A stretch of 64,000 nt of DNA, from NCBI RefSeq assembly GCF_036321535.1, contig NC_087465.1:8742001-8806000 (forward strand). Direction: 5' to 3'. Shown here piece by piece: positions 38,566 through 50,290 of this stretch. The notes under the pieces are model-generated. The model did not search any database, was not told the DNA's origin, and saw nothing but the letters and a program-made list of their open reading frames with translations. Position 1 is the stretch's first letter. The number at the start of each line of letters is the position of its first letter. The position numbers and the translations under genes were made by a program. Source of the DNA: Camelus dromedarius (Eukaryota).

Positions 38566-39689
38566 GCGTCTCATGCAGAGGTTGAACCTTAATGTCACAG
38601 ACGGAAGCAATGAAGCCATGGAATCCTGCCTGGATTGTCTTCCGTGGATAACAGGAACCACAGCTGTATTTCCTGCCTGGTGAACACGCAAACTCGTTCT
38701 TCAGCCTATTGCGATAAGCAGAATGCCAGTCATCACTTTCCAGATTTTGGCAGCTTGTTATATAGAAGAATAGGGCTTGTTTGCAGCTGGTCCTCACTTT
38801 TCAGGGAGTCAGGGTTAGGAGAAACACTAAAAAGTTGATACACAAAGTAGAGTATGCCTTTCAAATTCTTTCCCTAGGAGGAAACACAATGGTCTGAAAA
38901 CTTCGCTCCCCACCCCTCACCATAGACCTGAAATTGTTATAATAAACCATTACACCGCCTACATGAAGGAGAACAGCCAGCCACAGCTCATCACATTATT
39001 CGGGAGTAAATCTGTCACAACCTGAGTCACTGTAGACGCGTTATGGTCAAACATGTTGAATTATGTCTAGATTTTAGCATTAATTATAATAATTACACTA
39101 TCACCACCATTTCATCATAAAAACTAGTTTCGTTATGACATTTTGTTCTCTGTTCCAGGACCTGCAAAATTCCCAAATTGCCACAGGAGTTTAGAAATGA
39201 TGTTTGATCAAGGTTACCAAATGTAAGTTTTTACAGATTTATGATTTTTTTAAATAGCATTCAAATAAATGATAATTAATATACAGGAAAGCTTGCTAAA
39301 ACTGATTGGATTCCATACTCCCTATAAGTTAGAAGGATTTAATTTTTGCATTTTTTCGAAGAACTGTGCATGTATAAATTATAGGTAGTTGTGAATTCCA
39401 AAGCTATAAATATACTGGAGGACCCTAGTGGTATCATACCGAACAGCTGTTTGCAGAGAATAAGCCTCTCCAGTATCCCAAGGAAGGCACAGAATATTGA
39501 AATGTTGGCTAAATGTTCAAATCGTTCAAAGAATGAATATCTCTGAAAATAAAAGGAAAATATGAATGATGCCCTGGGTTTGAAGCTTGTTCTGAGTAAG
39601 CCCTGTCAAAAGCCATTTCCAGTCTTTCCTCTCCCTCCTCTCCTTTCCCTTCCCTTCCCTTCCTTTCCAGAGTAATACAGTTCAGAAGC

Positions 39690-41200
39690 TATTAGCTATA
39701 GCTGAGCAAGGTGTCAGCACGGGGGAGGAGGGGGGCAGGTCATGGTGGCCCAGAGTGGTGTGTTAGAGCCCACACCAGGTGAGAATGGCACCCATGAGGG
39801 GGAACAGTGGCTCAGCATAAGGTGCTGGAGCCCGAGCAAGGTGAGGAAGGTATCTGGGCAGGCAGTGGTGGTTCAGTGCAGAGCATCAGACTCCAAGTGG
39901 GGCAAAGAGGAGGTGGGGCAATCCAGGGTAGAGTCTCTGAGCCGGTGCAGAGTGTGGCGGGCACCCTGCGGGTCTTGGAGCTGGAATGAGGTGGGAAGGT
40001 GCCCCTGCAGGAAAGGGGCGGTGAGGGTGGAGCCCCAGCAGGATGTGAAGAGTGTCCAGATGGGGCAGGGGAGGAGTGAGCAGCCTGGCAGGGGTGTCAG
40101 GATGGAGCAGGGCTTAAGCATCCAATGAAAGGGTGCCCTAGTACAGCATATCACAGCCCTAACACAGGGAAGAGGACAGGATACAGTGGTGGTGACCATC
40201 ATGAAATGTCAGAGCTCAAGTAGGGTAAAGAGAGTGCCCACCATAGGGCTGTCCCAGAGACAAATGTCTGGGTCCCAGCAGGGAGAGGAGATTGGACCCA
40301 CAGGAGGGTATCCTCATGCAGCTTGTCAGAATCTGAGCAGAGAGAAAGGGTAAGGAGGAGGGTTCACGGGGATTGGGGGGCAATGGTAGCTCTGGTGCAG
40401 CAGGAAGCTGTGGAGCCCCCGTGGGAGGAGGTGGGTGCACTAGGGAAAGGTGGCGTCATGCTGGTCTCTGAGACTGAGCTGGGTAAGTATGTTGCCCATG
40501 CAGAGCGTGAGGGGCAACGCAGCACAGGGAGTCAGAGACGGAGCAGGGTGTCCACGCGGGGTTGGGAGGGAGGAGCCGCCGCAGCAGCAGTGATAGGAGT
40601 CTGGCGACAGACCAGGATTGATCAAATGAGTTAATACAATAAGGACAAATAGGAGTCAGGTTTCTCACTGTCAAAGAAGAAAACTGCAAAGATGGAAAGG
40701 GAAAAACAAGAATGAACTATGTGATATTAGACTGGAATTCGAACTATCAGTATGAATTCGTGGTTCTAAACATATTTAGATGGAAACAGAAATACATATA
40801 GAGGCAACCGTGTGTGTGTACAGACATACGTACATATGTTTCCTAGGCCAGTCCGATGGGAAGGCCTGGGAGGAGTGACACCCCGACAGCAGTGAGCACA
40901 CCTAGTACCCTGATCTTCATTTGTAAGCACAACTTTTCAGTTAAAAGAATCGGGACTCCTTGCAGAAATGGCGGGCTCCAGAGCTGGTACAGGGATATTA
41001 CAGAATGAGCTAAAACTGCACGTGTGCCTGAGAGGAAGTGCTCAAGAAATGACAGAGACACGTCAAAAGGACACAGTACCAGCCTGAAGGGGTTCCTGCT
41101 GGCCAAACCTGAGATAATTTGAGCATCAAAACAACAGTAATAAATTTTTAACTCATTACTGCGGGAATCCATGAGTCTGTACCTATATAAATAAATAAAC
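39690..41200 (+). mobile_element. L1MC3/L1MC4-type 3' UTR (G-rich degenerate repeat region plus MER42-like part)
   Basis: Recurring gagcccgagcaaggtgaggaagg and ggcaggggtgtcag units, then gtgagcacacctagtacc...cttgcagaaatggc...gtcaaaaggacacag...ctggccaaacctgagataatttgagcatcaaaa...gaatccatgagtc. Confidence 0.85.
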
Positions 41201-41359
41201 AACAAAAAGTGTATAAGTAATGAAATAAGAAATTAAATAAGGGGAGGGATAAATAACATCTATTAACTAAAATATGCAGAATAAAAATAGAGAAGTGAAC
41301 CCTAAAAGAGAAGAAAACATATTGAGATAGGATACAACCACTTTAAGCATTGAAAGACT

Positions 41360-41790
41360 TCAAGCCTGGCAGGGTTGTATTCCAGAGCACATGTGAACCT
41401 TCCAGATGCATTAGAGAACCACAATTGGCAGTTTTCAAAGAATTATAAAAAATAGGAAAGAGGTTAGAGATTGTACAAGAGCAAATACCCTATTATCACA
41501 AAAGAAGAAAAACACTATCTCAGGCCCTCCCCATTAAATCTGTTAGTCACCAATGGCCCCATTCCTAAATGGGCTGGTGAATGAGTTATTCTTTAGAAAA
41601 GACAAAGGTACTCACTGGGATTCAGCATAGATCCATTATGAACAAGTTTATGGCAAACTAATCTCATTTCCTATTTTCTCAGGGAACTAGACAGATACAA
41701 GAGGAGATGTCTGAAGTTGATAATGTATCTTTTTTTAACAGGATATATTTTGCAAACTCTTTATAATACCTTTGTTAAAAAGATAATGAT
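41360..41790 (+). mobile_element. CR1/L3 LINE reverse-transcriptase remnant
   Basis: 41623-41675 reads QHRSIMNK and, after a frameshift, WQTNLISYF, matching the CR1 RT motif QHGF-K-KSCQTNLISFF. Flanking spacing is collinear with CR1 ORF2. Confidence 0.75.
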
Positions 41791-41829
41791 CAACATAATG
41801 AACTGCTATTCATCATGTTCTCTTTATGT

Positions 41830-42030
41830 GACAGATGTAATGTCAAGTGCATAATCCTCTTAACAACCCCGGAGGTAAATATTATGATTCTCTATAGCCA
41901 TTTTTCAAATGAAGAAAATGGGGCTTTAAGAAGTTAAATAACATGCCCTGAATCACATAACTACTAACTAGAAGAGTGGAGATTCAAACTCAGGACTATC
42001 TCCAACCTTCATCCTCTTAATCCTTATAGT
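41830..42030 (-). mobile_element. MIR
   Basis: aatcctcttaacaacccc...ccatttttcaaatgaagaaaatggggct...aagttaaataacatgccc...ggagattcaaactcagg. Confidence 0.8.
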
Positions 42031-42169
42031 GAACACTCTAGTTAAGTATAATCACAGCTGGCTGAATAATTATCCCCAAACAGCCCATATTAATTAATGT
42101 CAACTTGGAAAAATGACTTGAATTATGGGTCAGTCATACCCACATACCTGGTGAAAAACTGAACACATT

Positions 42170-42480
42170 GGTTGAATTTTTCAAGTTATTTGTTAGCTGC
42201 CTACACTGAGTATGGTTAAAAGAGTTGCGTCTACATGAGAAACAATGAAGACCGACATGAGAGCGGGGACTGCAAGGCTGTCGTGAGGGCAGACTAGGTA
42301 CAAAGGGAAATAAGACATGCTCCCTGCCCTTCAGAAGCTCAGAAACAGAAATTATAAAACCAAAACGCACGTGCCAAAAAGGCAGGGATGGAGCAACAGA
42401 AGTTCCAAAGAGGGAGACTGTCTAGTTGAAGGCATCAGGAAAGCACCACTGGGTAAGATGACTTGACACGTGGGCAACCA
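42170..42480 (-). mobile_element. L2 fragment
   Basis: aataagacatgctccctgcccttcagaagctca...ggcatcaggaaagc. Confidence 0.45.
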
Positions 42481-43559
42481 GGGGCGAGCGGCATTTTACA
42501 GATGCTCAGGAGAGCACAATCCAGGTGCACAAAGAAGCTTGAGAAAAGCCAAAGAGGAGGGATGTGTGAGGCTCCTCTGGGGAAGAACAAGAATTCCCAG
42601 TTCATGGGAAAATAGACTGCACAGAGTAACACTGTAATAGAAGGTAGAAATTAGATCATGCTATGAATTTCCATCTCAGAGGTGTGCAATTTTGTTCAGG
42701 AACCACTATCAAAGATGGGCTTTTAGAAGATAAAGTATTCAGTAGTGCTCAATAAATGAATAATTGGTAACAATTTTGAGGAGAGATTAGAAAGAGGAGA
42801 CAGTAGAATTTGAGGAGAGGCAGTGTGAGGTACAGCATGGTGTCTGTTTCTCAACTTTCCCGGTGATCTGTGGCTCAAATCTGAATTATGGGAATGCATT
42901 CCTATAAAGAACCATTACAGACTACATGGACCCTTACTGAAACATACATGAACTATCTGGATCCCCAAACAGGTTGATTTTTAAAATACACAATGGTGCA
43001 TATTACAAGTGGAGGCAAAGGACACCTCCCAGGTACGGGTGCCATTGGAATGTGCAGGAGCAGAGAACACACTCAGCACCTGAAGCAGTGGAGCCAGTCA
43101 GCCTACATCTAGGCTAAAGGAGAGTTCAAAGAGAGTCTGCTTTACAGATGCATAGCACAAGCACAGCCAGAGACAAAAGGAGACGCCCTGCTGAAGGCAA
43201 ATGAGTAGCTTATGAACCCACCTGAGGCACACCCTGGGAGCTGTTTGAGCTGAGAGGAACTTGATTTCACTACATCTGAGGGGAGAGAGATCATAACATT
43301 GGTACTCTTGTCTGTTTATTTGTTCTGATATTACTTTTATACTCAATTATCTGTAACACTTGCAATTAATAACTCTTCTAAGATACATAGTAGAAAATAA
43401 CTGTGAGTGGACACACACACTCTCTCTCTCTTTCTCTCTCACACACACACACAAATCATCCTACCTGGTATGCATAATTTTTAGTCCTCTGAATAACTAA
43501 TTTGTATTAAAGACCTCTCTTACATAATTCATGTGCTCTTTCTGTCACAAAATGATTCT

Positions 43560-44150
43560 AATTTTTTTAACTTTCCATTCAGAAATAATTACAGGAAGTT
43601 GCAAAAACAATACAGAATCATCTCCTGCATTCTTTACCCCATTTCCTCACAAGATTACATCTTATACAACTCTGGTACAATATCAAAACCTGAAAATTGA
43701 CATTGGTAATACATGTGCATATAATACTATTCCATTTTATCACATAGAAATTTGTGCAACCACACTGCAATCAAGACATAGAACAATTCCATTATTACAA
43801 AGCTCTCCCTCAGGTTACCTCTTCATAGTCACACCCCCTCCAAAAAAATTCTTCCCTAATCCCTGGCAACCACTAATCTTGTCATCCCTATTTATAGCTT
43901 TGTCATTTTGAGAATGTTAAGTAAATCGAATTTCATAGTATTTAATTGGATCTTTTCACTCAACATAGTATCCTTGAGATCTATTTAAGTTGCTATATGT
44001 ATCTATAATTCACTTCTTTTTATTGTTGAGTAATATTTTATAGCATAAATGTACCGAAATTTGTTAACTGTTTACCTACTGCAGGACATTTTGGTTGTTT
44101 CCAGTTTTGACTATTACAAATAAAGTTCTCATGAACATTAGTATACAGAA
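43560..44150 (-). mobile_element. L1MB/L1MC-type 3' end
   Basis: acaggaagttgcaaaaacaatacag...ggtacaatatcaaaacctgaaaattgacattgg...ccctggcaaccactaatct...tttcactcaaca...ggttgtttccagttt...acaaataaagttctcatgaacatt. Confidence 0.9.
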
Positions 44151-44189
44151 GAAAGAGAGAAAAAGGACTCTCCAGTGAAGAAAAAATAC

Positions 44190-44481
44190 TTATAAAGAAC
44201 ATTAGTGGGAAATTTTTTTTAATTTAATATGGACTATAGATCAGATGTCAGTTTTGTATCAATATGAATTCTTTTTTTAGAATTTTACTCTGATTTTGTT
44301 CTTGCTTTCAGGGAATGTAGAATGAAATATTTAGGGACGAAGAGACACTTTACCTCTTAATTTTAAATGGTTCTGGAGAGCAAATGAGGCAAAATTTAAA
44401 CAGTTCATAAATCTGGATGAAGGTATACAGCAATTCTTATTACTATCCTTAAAACTTTTATGTAAGTTTGAAATGACATTA
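44190..44481 (+). mobile_element. L1MC/L1ME-type 3' terminal fragment
   Basis: aatatggactataga...tgaaatatttaggg...gcaaatgaggcaaaa...aatctggatgaaggtataca...aaacttttatgtaagtttgaaat. Confidence 0.7.
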
Positions 44482-44702
44482 NNNNNNNNNNNNNNNNNNN
44501 NNNNNNNNNNNNNNNNNNNNNNNNNNNNNNNNNNNNNNNNNNNNNNNNNNNNNNNNNNNNNNNNNNNNNNNNNNNNNNNNNNNNNNNNNNNNNNNNNNNN
44601 NNNNNNNNNNNNNNNNNNNNNNNNNNNNNNNNNNNNNNNNNNNNNNNNNNNNNNNNNNNNNNNNNNNNNNNNNNNNNNNNNNNNNNNNNNNNNNNNNNNN
44701 NN
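44482..44702. other. N run, 221 nt (L1 context)
   Basis: Read directly from the sequence. Confidence 0.99.
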
Positions 44703-45307
44703 TTCTGGGCATTTATCTGAAGAAAATGAAAACACTAATTCAAAAAGATATATACACATCATGTTCATTGTAGCATTATTTACATCAGNNNNNNNNNNNN
44801 NNNNNNNNNNNNNNNNNNNNNNNNNNNNNNNNNNNNNNNNNNNNNNNNNNNNNNNNNNNNNNNNNNNNNNNNNNNNNNNNNNNNNNNNNNNNNNNNNNNN
44901 NNNNNNNNNNNNNNNNNNNNNNNNNNNNNNNNNNNNNGTGGAATAAGTCAGACAGAGAAGGACAAATACTGTATGCTTCCATTTATACATATGTAAAATC
45001 AGAAAAACAAAACAAACGTAACAAAACAGAAACAGACTCACAGATACAGAGAACAAATCAGTGGTTCCTAGACAGGTGGTGGGGTGGTGGGGGAAGAATG
45101 AAATAGGTGAAAGGGATTAAGAGGTACAAACTACCAGTTATAAAATAAGTAAGTCACAGGGATGTCATGTACAGTACAAGGAACATAACTGATATTATTG
45201 TAACAACTTTGTATGGTCCATAATATATAAAAACATTAACTCACTAAGTTATACACCTGAAACTAATATAATATTGTCAACCATACTTTAATAAAAAAAA
45301 GAAAAAA
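44703..45307 (+). mobile_element. L1 3' end (L1MA9/laurasiatherian-type) with poly(A)
   Basis: ttctgggcatttatctgaagaaaatgaaaacactaattcaaaaagata...gtcagacagagaaggacaaatactgtatg...acagactcacagatacagagaacaaa...tacacctgaaactaatataatattg...aataaaaaaaagaaaaaa. Confidence 0.92.
44789..44937. other. N run, 149 nt (inside L1)
   Basis: Read directly from the sequence. Confidence 0.99.
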
Positions 45308-45325
45308 CTCCATCTTCTTTTAGAG

Positions 45326-45553
45326 NNNNNNNNNNNNNNNNNNNNNNNNNNNNNNNNNNNNNNNNNNNNNNNNNNNNNNNNNNNNNNNNNNNNNNNNNNN
45401 NNNNNNNNNNNNNNNNNNNNNNNNNNNNNNNNNNNNNNNNNNNNNNNNNNNNNNNNNNNNNNNNNNNNNNNNNNNNNNNNNNNNNNNNNNNNNNNNNNNN
45501 NNNNNNNNNNNNNNNNNNNNNNNNNNNNNNNNNNNNNNNNNNNNNNNNNNNNN
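45326..45553. other. N run, 228 nt (just downstream of the L1 tail)
   Basis: Read directly from the sequence. Confidence 0.99.
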
Positions 45554-45989
45554 ATTTCATGTCAAATAATTTATTAGCTAACCTTCTCTCACAGGATTTT
45601 GCAGCATGCCAGAATCAGAGAATACAGGGACCGTATTGTGGCAATTCCAGAGAGAATAATAAAAAATTCATATGTATAAGAAGAATGTTAAAAAGAAAGC
45701 AGCAATGGTTTTAGTTTTTATTTTTATTTCTTTAACAGTGATGATTTTAAACTGTACTCTTCCCAAGTTCAGAGTCGTTCCTGATGAGCAGTTAGTTTTC
45801 TCTGAATTGAAGCCATCACCATCCTAAAGTAAGGAAAGTTATCTTTTTATTGTCTCCTCCTTGTTAACACCATCAGCTATAATTTCTCAAAAGGCACTAA
45901 GGGTGTAATTCTATACTGTTAAAAAAAAATTAAAAGACACTCTTGTTAACAGTAGCCTCGCTATTATTACTGCTATCATGAAACTCTGG

Positions 45990-46245
45990 GTGCCTCTTTA
46001 TAACTTACACAGCACTTGCATGTCTTATTTATTATTCACATTGACCCAATAAGGTGCTATATTATGAGTATCTATCCTATATAATGAGGTGTATAGAGGA
46101 AAGGTACTCTGTCCTCATTCACCCATGAGGAAATTGAGGTGTAGAAAGGCTCCAAGAAATGATAAGAGGCTTATCCAAAATCATGCCACAACTAAATGTC
46201 AAAAGTTGGAATCATGTATTTAGATTCTAAATCCAGAGGTTATTT
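45990..46245 (-). mobile_element. MIR fragments
   Basis: cacccatgaggaaattgaggtgtagaaagg...ttatccaaaatca...tagattctaaatcc. Confidence 0.5.
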
Positions 46246-47129
46246 CCCATATTCCACTAAACCTTCTCTGTATAAGCATGCAAGTGTAATGCAACTCAGA
46301 TAAATCTTGGTGCTTCATACGGCCCCATCTCTCTTCAGTGTCACATCTGAAGAAGAGTCCAGCATTCTAAAGTAATTTTTAAAAAAGATTCCAACATCTG
46401 CACCTACAAATCTTAAAATTTACTCGGTTTCAGTTTACATCCTATAGCCACATCAACTCCTGCTTTCTCCGGTACCCTCAAAACACTTCCTGCTAAGAGT
46501 CAGTATGGTTTTAGCCATTTGTTCCCTTTTTCTTTTGGTCTTTCTAATCCTGTCCCTCTCAGTAGTCCCTTGATTCTGCACCACAGAGTCCATAAATCAA
46601 GCACACACAACCACGTTCTCCTTGAAGTTCAGGGAGGTGGAGACACAAAGGAGACAAAAATAAAATCATTTTTCATAAATGGTGTTGGGATACTGGAAGC
46701 CTGTAACACTCATTCAATAAATCTTTTCTCAATTTTTGCAGTATTTGATCTTGTTAGCTTGAAGATTATAATACTGACAACAAATATTATTGTATATGCA
46801 TTTGAGTGATTTAAGCATGATGAGTAAAACCAATACTTGGTCAGCACCCCTTTCCATGACTCACGTAGTCCAGCATTTGTGCAGTTCCCTAAATGTACCA
46901 TGCTCTTCCTGGCTTCTAACCCTGTGCTTCCCACCTTTTTCACACCATAAAACATAGGGATAAACTGCAGAAACACTGCAAGGACCAGGAGGCATCAGTG
47001 TCTTTGCACAGAGATAAGCCATTCGCGGCACTCCAGTGTACCAAGGCTCACTGGTGGGGGCCCTCAATTCTGTAACTTCAGACATGCTGCTTTTCTGCCG
47101 AGAATAGTATTCCTCTCCCCTCCCTCTCA

Positions 47130-47410
47130 TTTCTTTGTCTAATCAGGCCCCCCTCATCCTTCAAGACACAACTTAAGATGTTTCATCTCCCAGAATGTCT
47201 CTCCCAAGGCTAAGGAAGATGCTAGGCCCATAGAATTCTGGGCTTATCCTCATCTTAGCTCCCACACTGACTTAGTATTTAGCTCCATCTCCCACTGGAC
47301 CACAAGTATCTTGACAATAGGAGCTTCATTCTATATATTTTGATATGTTCAGCACTTACAGGTACCTAGCAAATGGCTGGCACTCAATAAGCAATATTTA
47401 ATGAATTAAT
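47130..47410 (+). mobile_element. L2 3' end
   Basis: catccttcaagacacaactta...ctcccactggac...cctagcaaatggctggcactcaataagcaatatttaatgaattaatga. Confidence 0.7.
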
Positions 47411-48099
47411 GAGCTGGTGAACTCTTCCTAGATCTATGGTTCTAGATGTCATTGATGGGGCTTGCAACCCCACTCCTAAAGCAGAAGTCACCTCTGATCG
47501 TCTTGGCAGGGGACAGTCTGAAAAACTTCTAGGCTGCTGCCCATAGTAATGAGCTGAGGCTAGACAGGTGGTCATATACCATGCTGTTCTTTCATACAGC
47601 ACCCTGTTCTTTGCCCAGCTTACAATTTGTAACAATTTGTGTGTTTATTTGTTTAATGTTTATCTCTCCTACTAGACTATAATCTCGGTGAAGACTGGTA
47701 TAATTTAGATTGGCTCATACATCACCAGCTCTCTTATAAGAGTTCTTAACTTAGGGGAAATAAATAAATGAATAAATGAACAAACAAGTCACTCTTTCCT
47801 TAACAGCTGAGATTTCTTGTTATCACCTCTTTTGATGGGCAGTTCCTAGACTCTAAGCCTCGCCAGGACAGGGGCTATGTATATTCTAGGAAATCAAGTG
47901 GGTCTTTTTGTTGTCTCAGAATTTCCCTTAAAGCACCAGAGCTGAGAACAGTAGAAGATAAGCAATGCCAGGTACTGAAGAGGCGCCATATACATCTGTA
48001 TAGGATTTGCTAAAAGACAGCAAAACTGGTCCACAGACCGATACCCCATTAGTTTATACAAGCAAAAAACTAGAGTCCTTTGGAAGAATCTTGTGGTAT

Positions 48100-49420
48100 C
48101 ACTGTGTGGTGATTTTAGTGGGAAGTACTATGAAATTTCTTCTCTCTTCTCTGTGGGAGAAAGGATGAGGATGTTTCTCCTTTCTTTTGCTGAAGCCAAT
48201 TGGAGGATGTTTCGAGACAACCAGTCATACAGATAAAGAAGCTCCTGCAAGAAGCGGGCAGCAGCATCTCACTACCCAGACGGATAACTGCTAAGATGTA
48301 AAACCAAGGGTCCCATTGCTACTAAGAGACCCAAGGGAAGCAGGCTAAGAGGAGCCTTGGATATATTACTCTCAGAACTGAGGAACTCAGGCACATACAT
48401 TAACGTAGACTGGCATCTGTCTTATCTCCTCCTGGAGAACTCTGTGAAAGCAGAATTCTGAAGACAGGCAATTGCAGGGAGTAGCCCAAAGCAATAGAGA
48501 AAAGAAAGAACAAACAATGGGACAAGGCTACAATGCCCACTATTTATTGTTGGTCGTGACAAGGACGTATGAATTTACCAAGAACTGAGTGGACACCAAG
48601 GAAGACAGGTGGCTTGAGTCATCTTGCTAGGACCCTAACAGCCAGCTGGAGGCCAGTCAGTATAGGAAGACCCGTTATTAAGTGACTGCGGGGTAGACCA
48701 CTGGGAACAGGAGCTACAGTGGGTCATAAGGAGTTACAAGAACTCCCCAACAGAGTGCATCATTCACACCAGTCAACGGTTCATGAGGAAGCTCCCTTGG
48801 ATCCTCTGGAGAGACCACAAATGTGTCCCAAAGAGTCAGTGTTTGGAACTACAAATAGCACAAACTAAATAAGCATATCTTTGACTCCTTTCATCTGTGC
48901 ACCCTCCCTCTCCAAACTGCATCCCAGAAGAAGGGAGGAAAAAGAGTGACAGAGGCACTCAAAACGTGAAGAGGCAGCACACAGCCCCTCTTCCCTGAGC
49001 TACAGCTCATGCTGCGGACAGGAGAGCGTTCTTCAGCTGGATGTGAGACGGAAGTTTTGATCAGACTGGACTAAGTTTCATACCTGAAAGTTACCAAAGT
49101 GACCAGAAAGCCATGGGATCTGCTTGCCGCGTGAAGCTGTTGACAAAGGCAGGAAAAGGAAGAGTCAGGAAAGACATCTGGGGGGAAAGTACAGCTCAGT
49201 GGTAGAGTGCATGCTTAGCACGTATGGGGTCCTGGGTTCAATCCCCAGTACCTCCATTAAAAAAAAAAAACAACAGATAAACCTAATTACCTCCCCCCAC
49301 CAAAAAAAAAAAAGGCTCAAGAAAGACATTTAGAGACAATGACTGGAGAAAAATTAAGCCATGTTCTGTTCATAGCATCACTGAGTTCAGCTCAGCCAAT
49401 AAACCAACCATAAAATTATA
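48100..49420 (+). mobile_element. Old LTR-like element (MamGypLTR/LTR78-like, uncertain), interrupted by a SINE
   Basis: The 3' part gacaatgactggagaaaaattaagccatgttctg...ctgagttcagctcagccaataaa resembles ancient gypsy-type LTR ends. Family and left boundary not secure. Confidence 0.35.
49180..49317 (+). mobile_element. Camelid tRNA-derived SINE (vic-1 type)
   Basis: A box cagctcagtgg (49192-49202), B box gttcaatcc (49236-49244), tail ...ataaacctaattacctccccccacc between A runs. 14-bp TSD caggaaagacatct (49166-49179) / caagaaagacattt (49318-49331). Confidence 0.92.
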
Positions 49421-50039
49421 GCCCCATCTTGCTAGCCAAGTCAGAATCTTAAGATTTGTTTCTTAATGACCGACATACTTTTGAAAAAATTGTAAAAATA
49501 GATTTTGTCATAAGAATGGACATATATGTATGCCCAATTTGCCATACAAGCTCCCACTCCATGCCTCCCCCGCTCCCTTCCCACATCCATGTTACCACCA
49601 CAATCCTTTCCTTCTTCCACATGGAATCCAAGAGGTGGGTCAGACAGGGTGCAGGGGAAACTAGCCACAGATCAGTTTATAAGCAAAGGGCTAAAGCAAA
49701 GACAATGTGACCCGGGCTCTATCAGTCAATGACTGGGACTACAGGCTTCCTGTTCATGTATTCCAATCATTCAGGTACTTTTAAAAGAGATTTTAATAAA
49801 GCAAAGCTGATCTTGTTACTCCCCTGCTTAGAACTTTTAGAACTTAATAATCTGCCGCCTACCATAGTACTCTGGGCACTAAGTCTTAGCAAGGTACTCA
49901 AATTCCTCAGGGATCTGATACCAAACTGTCTTCCAACATAATCAACCATTACTCTCCGTACATAGCATACATTTTAGATGAATAGAAAACCCTCTTTACT
50001 TTCATTCTTTCAACATTCTCAGTAATGAACTGGTGAGGG

Positions 50040-50290
50040 CAAACCATTCACTCCACAATTACGTACGGAGTACCAGCCATGCACCAGGCAGTGTGTTCAG
50101 TACAGAGTGGTAAACAAAACTAATCATGCCCTTTCCTTCACAAAGCTCAAGAGATTTGCAATAAAGACAGACATCAAAACAGTAATTAAGTCAATAATTC
50201 ATTGCTGCCTTTGTGATACATGCTGCAGGTTTCTCAAAGTGCTGTGAGGACAGACAACGGCAGATCTAACTGGGATGTGACAGCCAGTTG
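50040..50290 (-). mobile_element. L2 3' fragment
   Basis: accagccatgcaccaggcagtgtg...gtaaacaaaac...cccttccttcacaaagctca...agacagacat. Confidence 0.55.

Noticed and set aside
44331-45560. ORFs up to 241 aa
   Set aside because: They consist of N runs plus L1 3' UTR sequence.
49192-49250. Possible tRNA gene
   Set aside because: The A and B boxes belong to a SINE head with an A-rich tail and TSD, and there is no complete cloverleaf acceptor stem.
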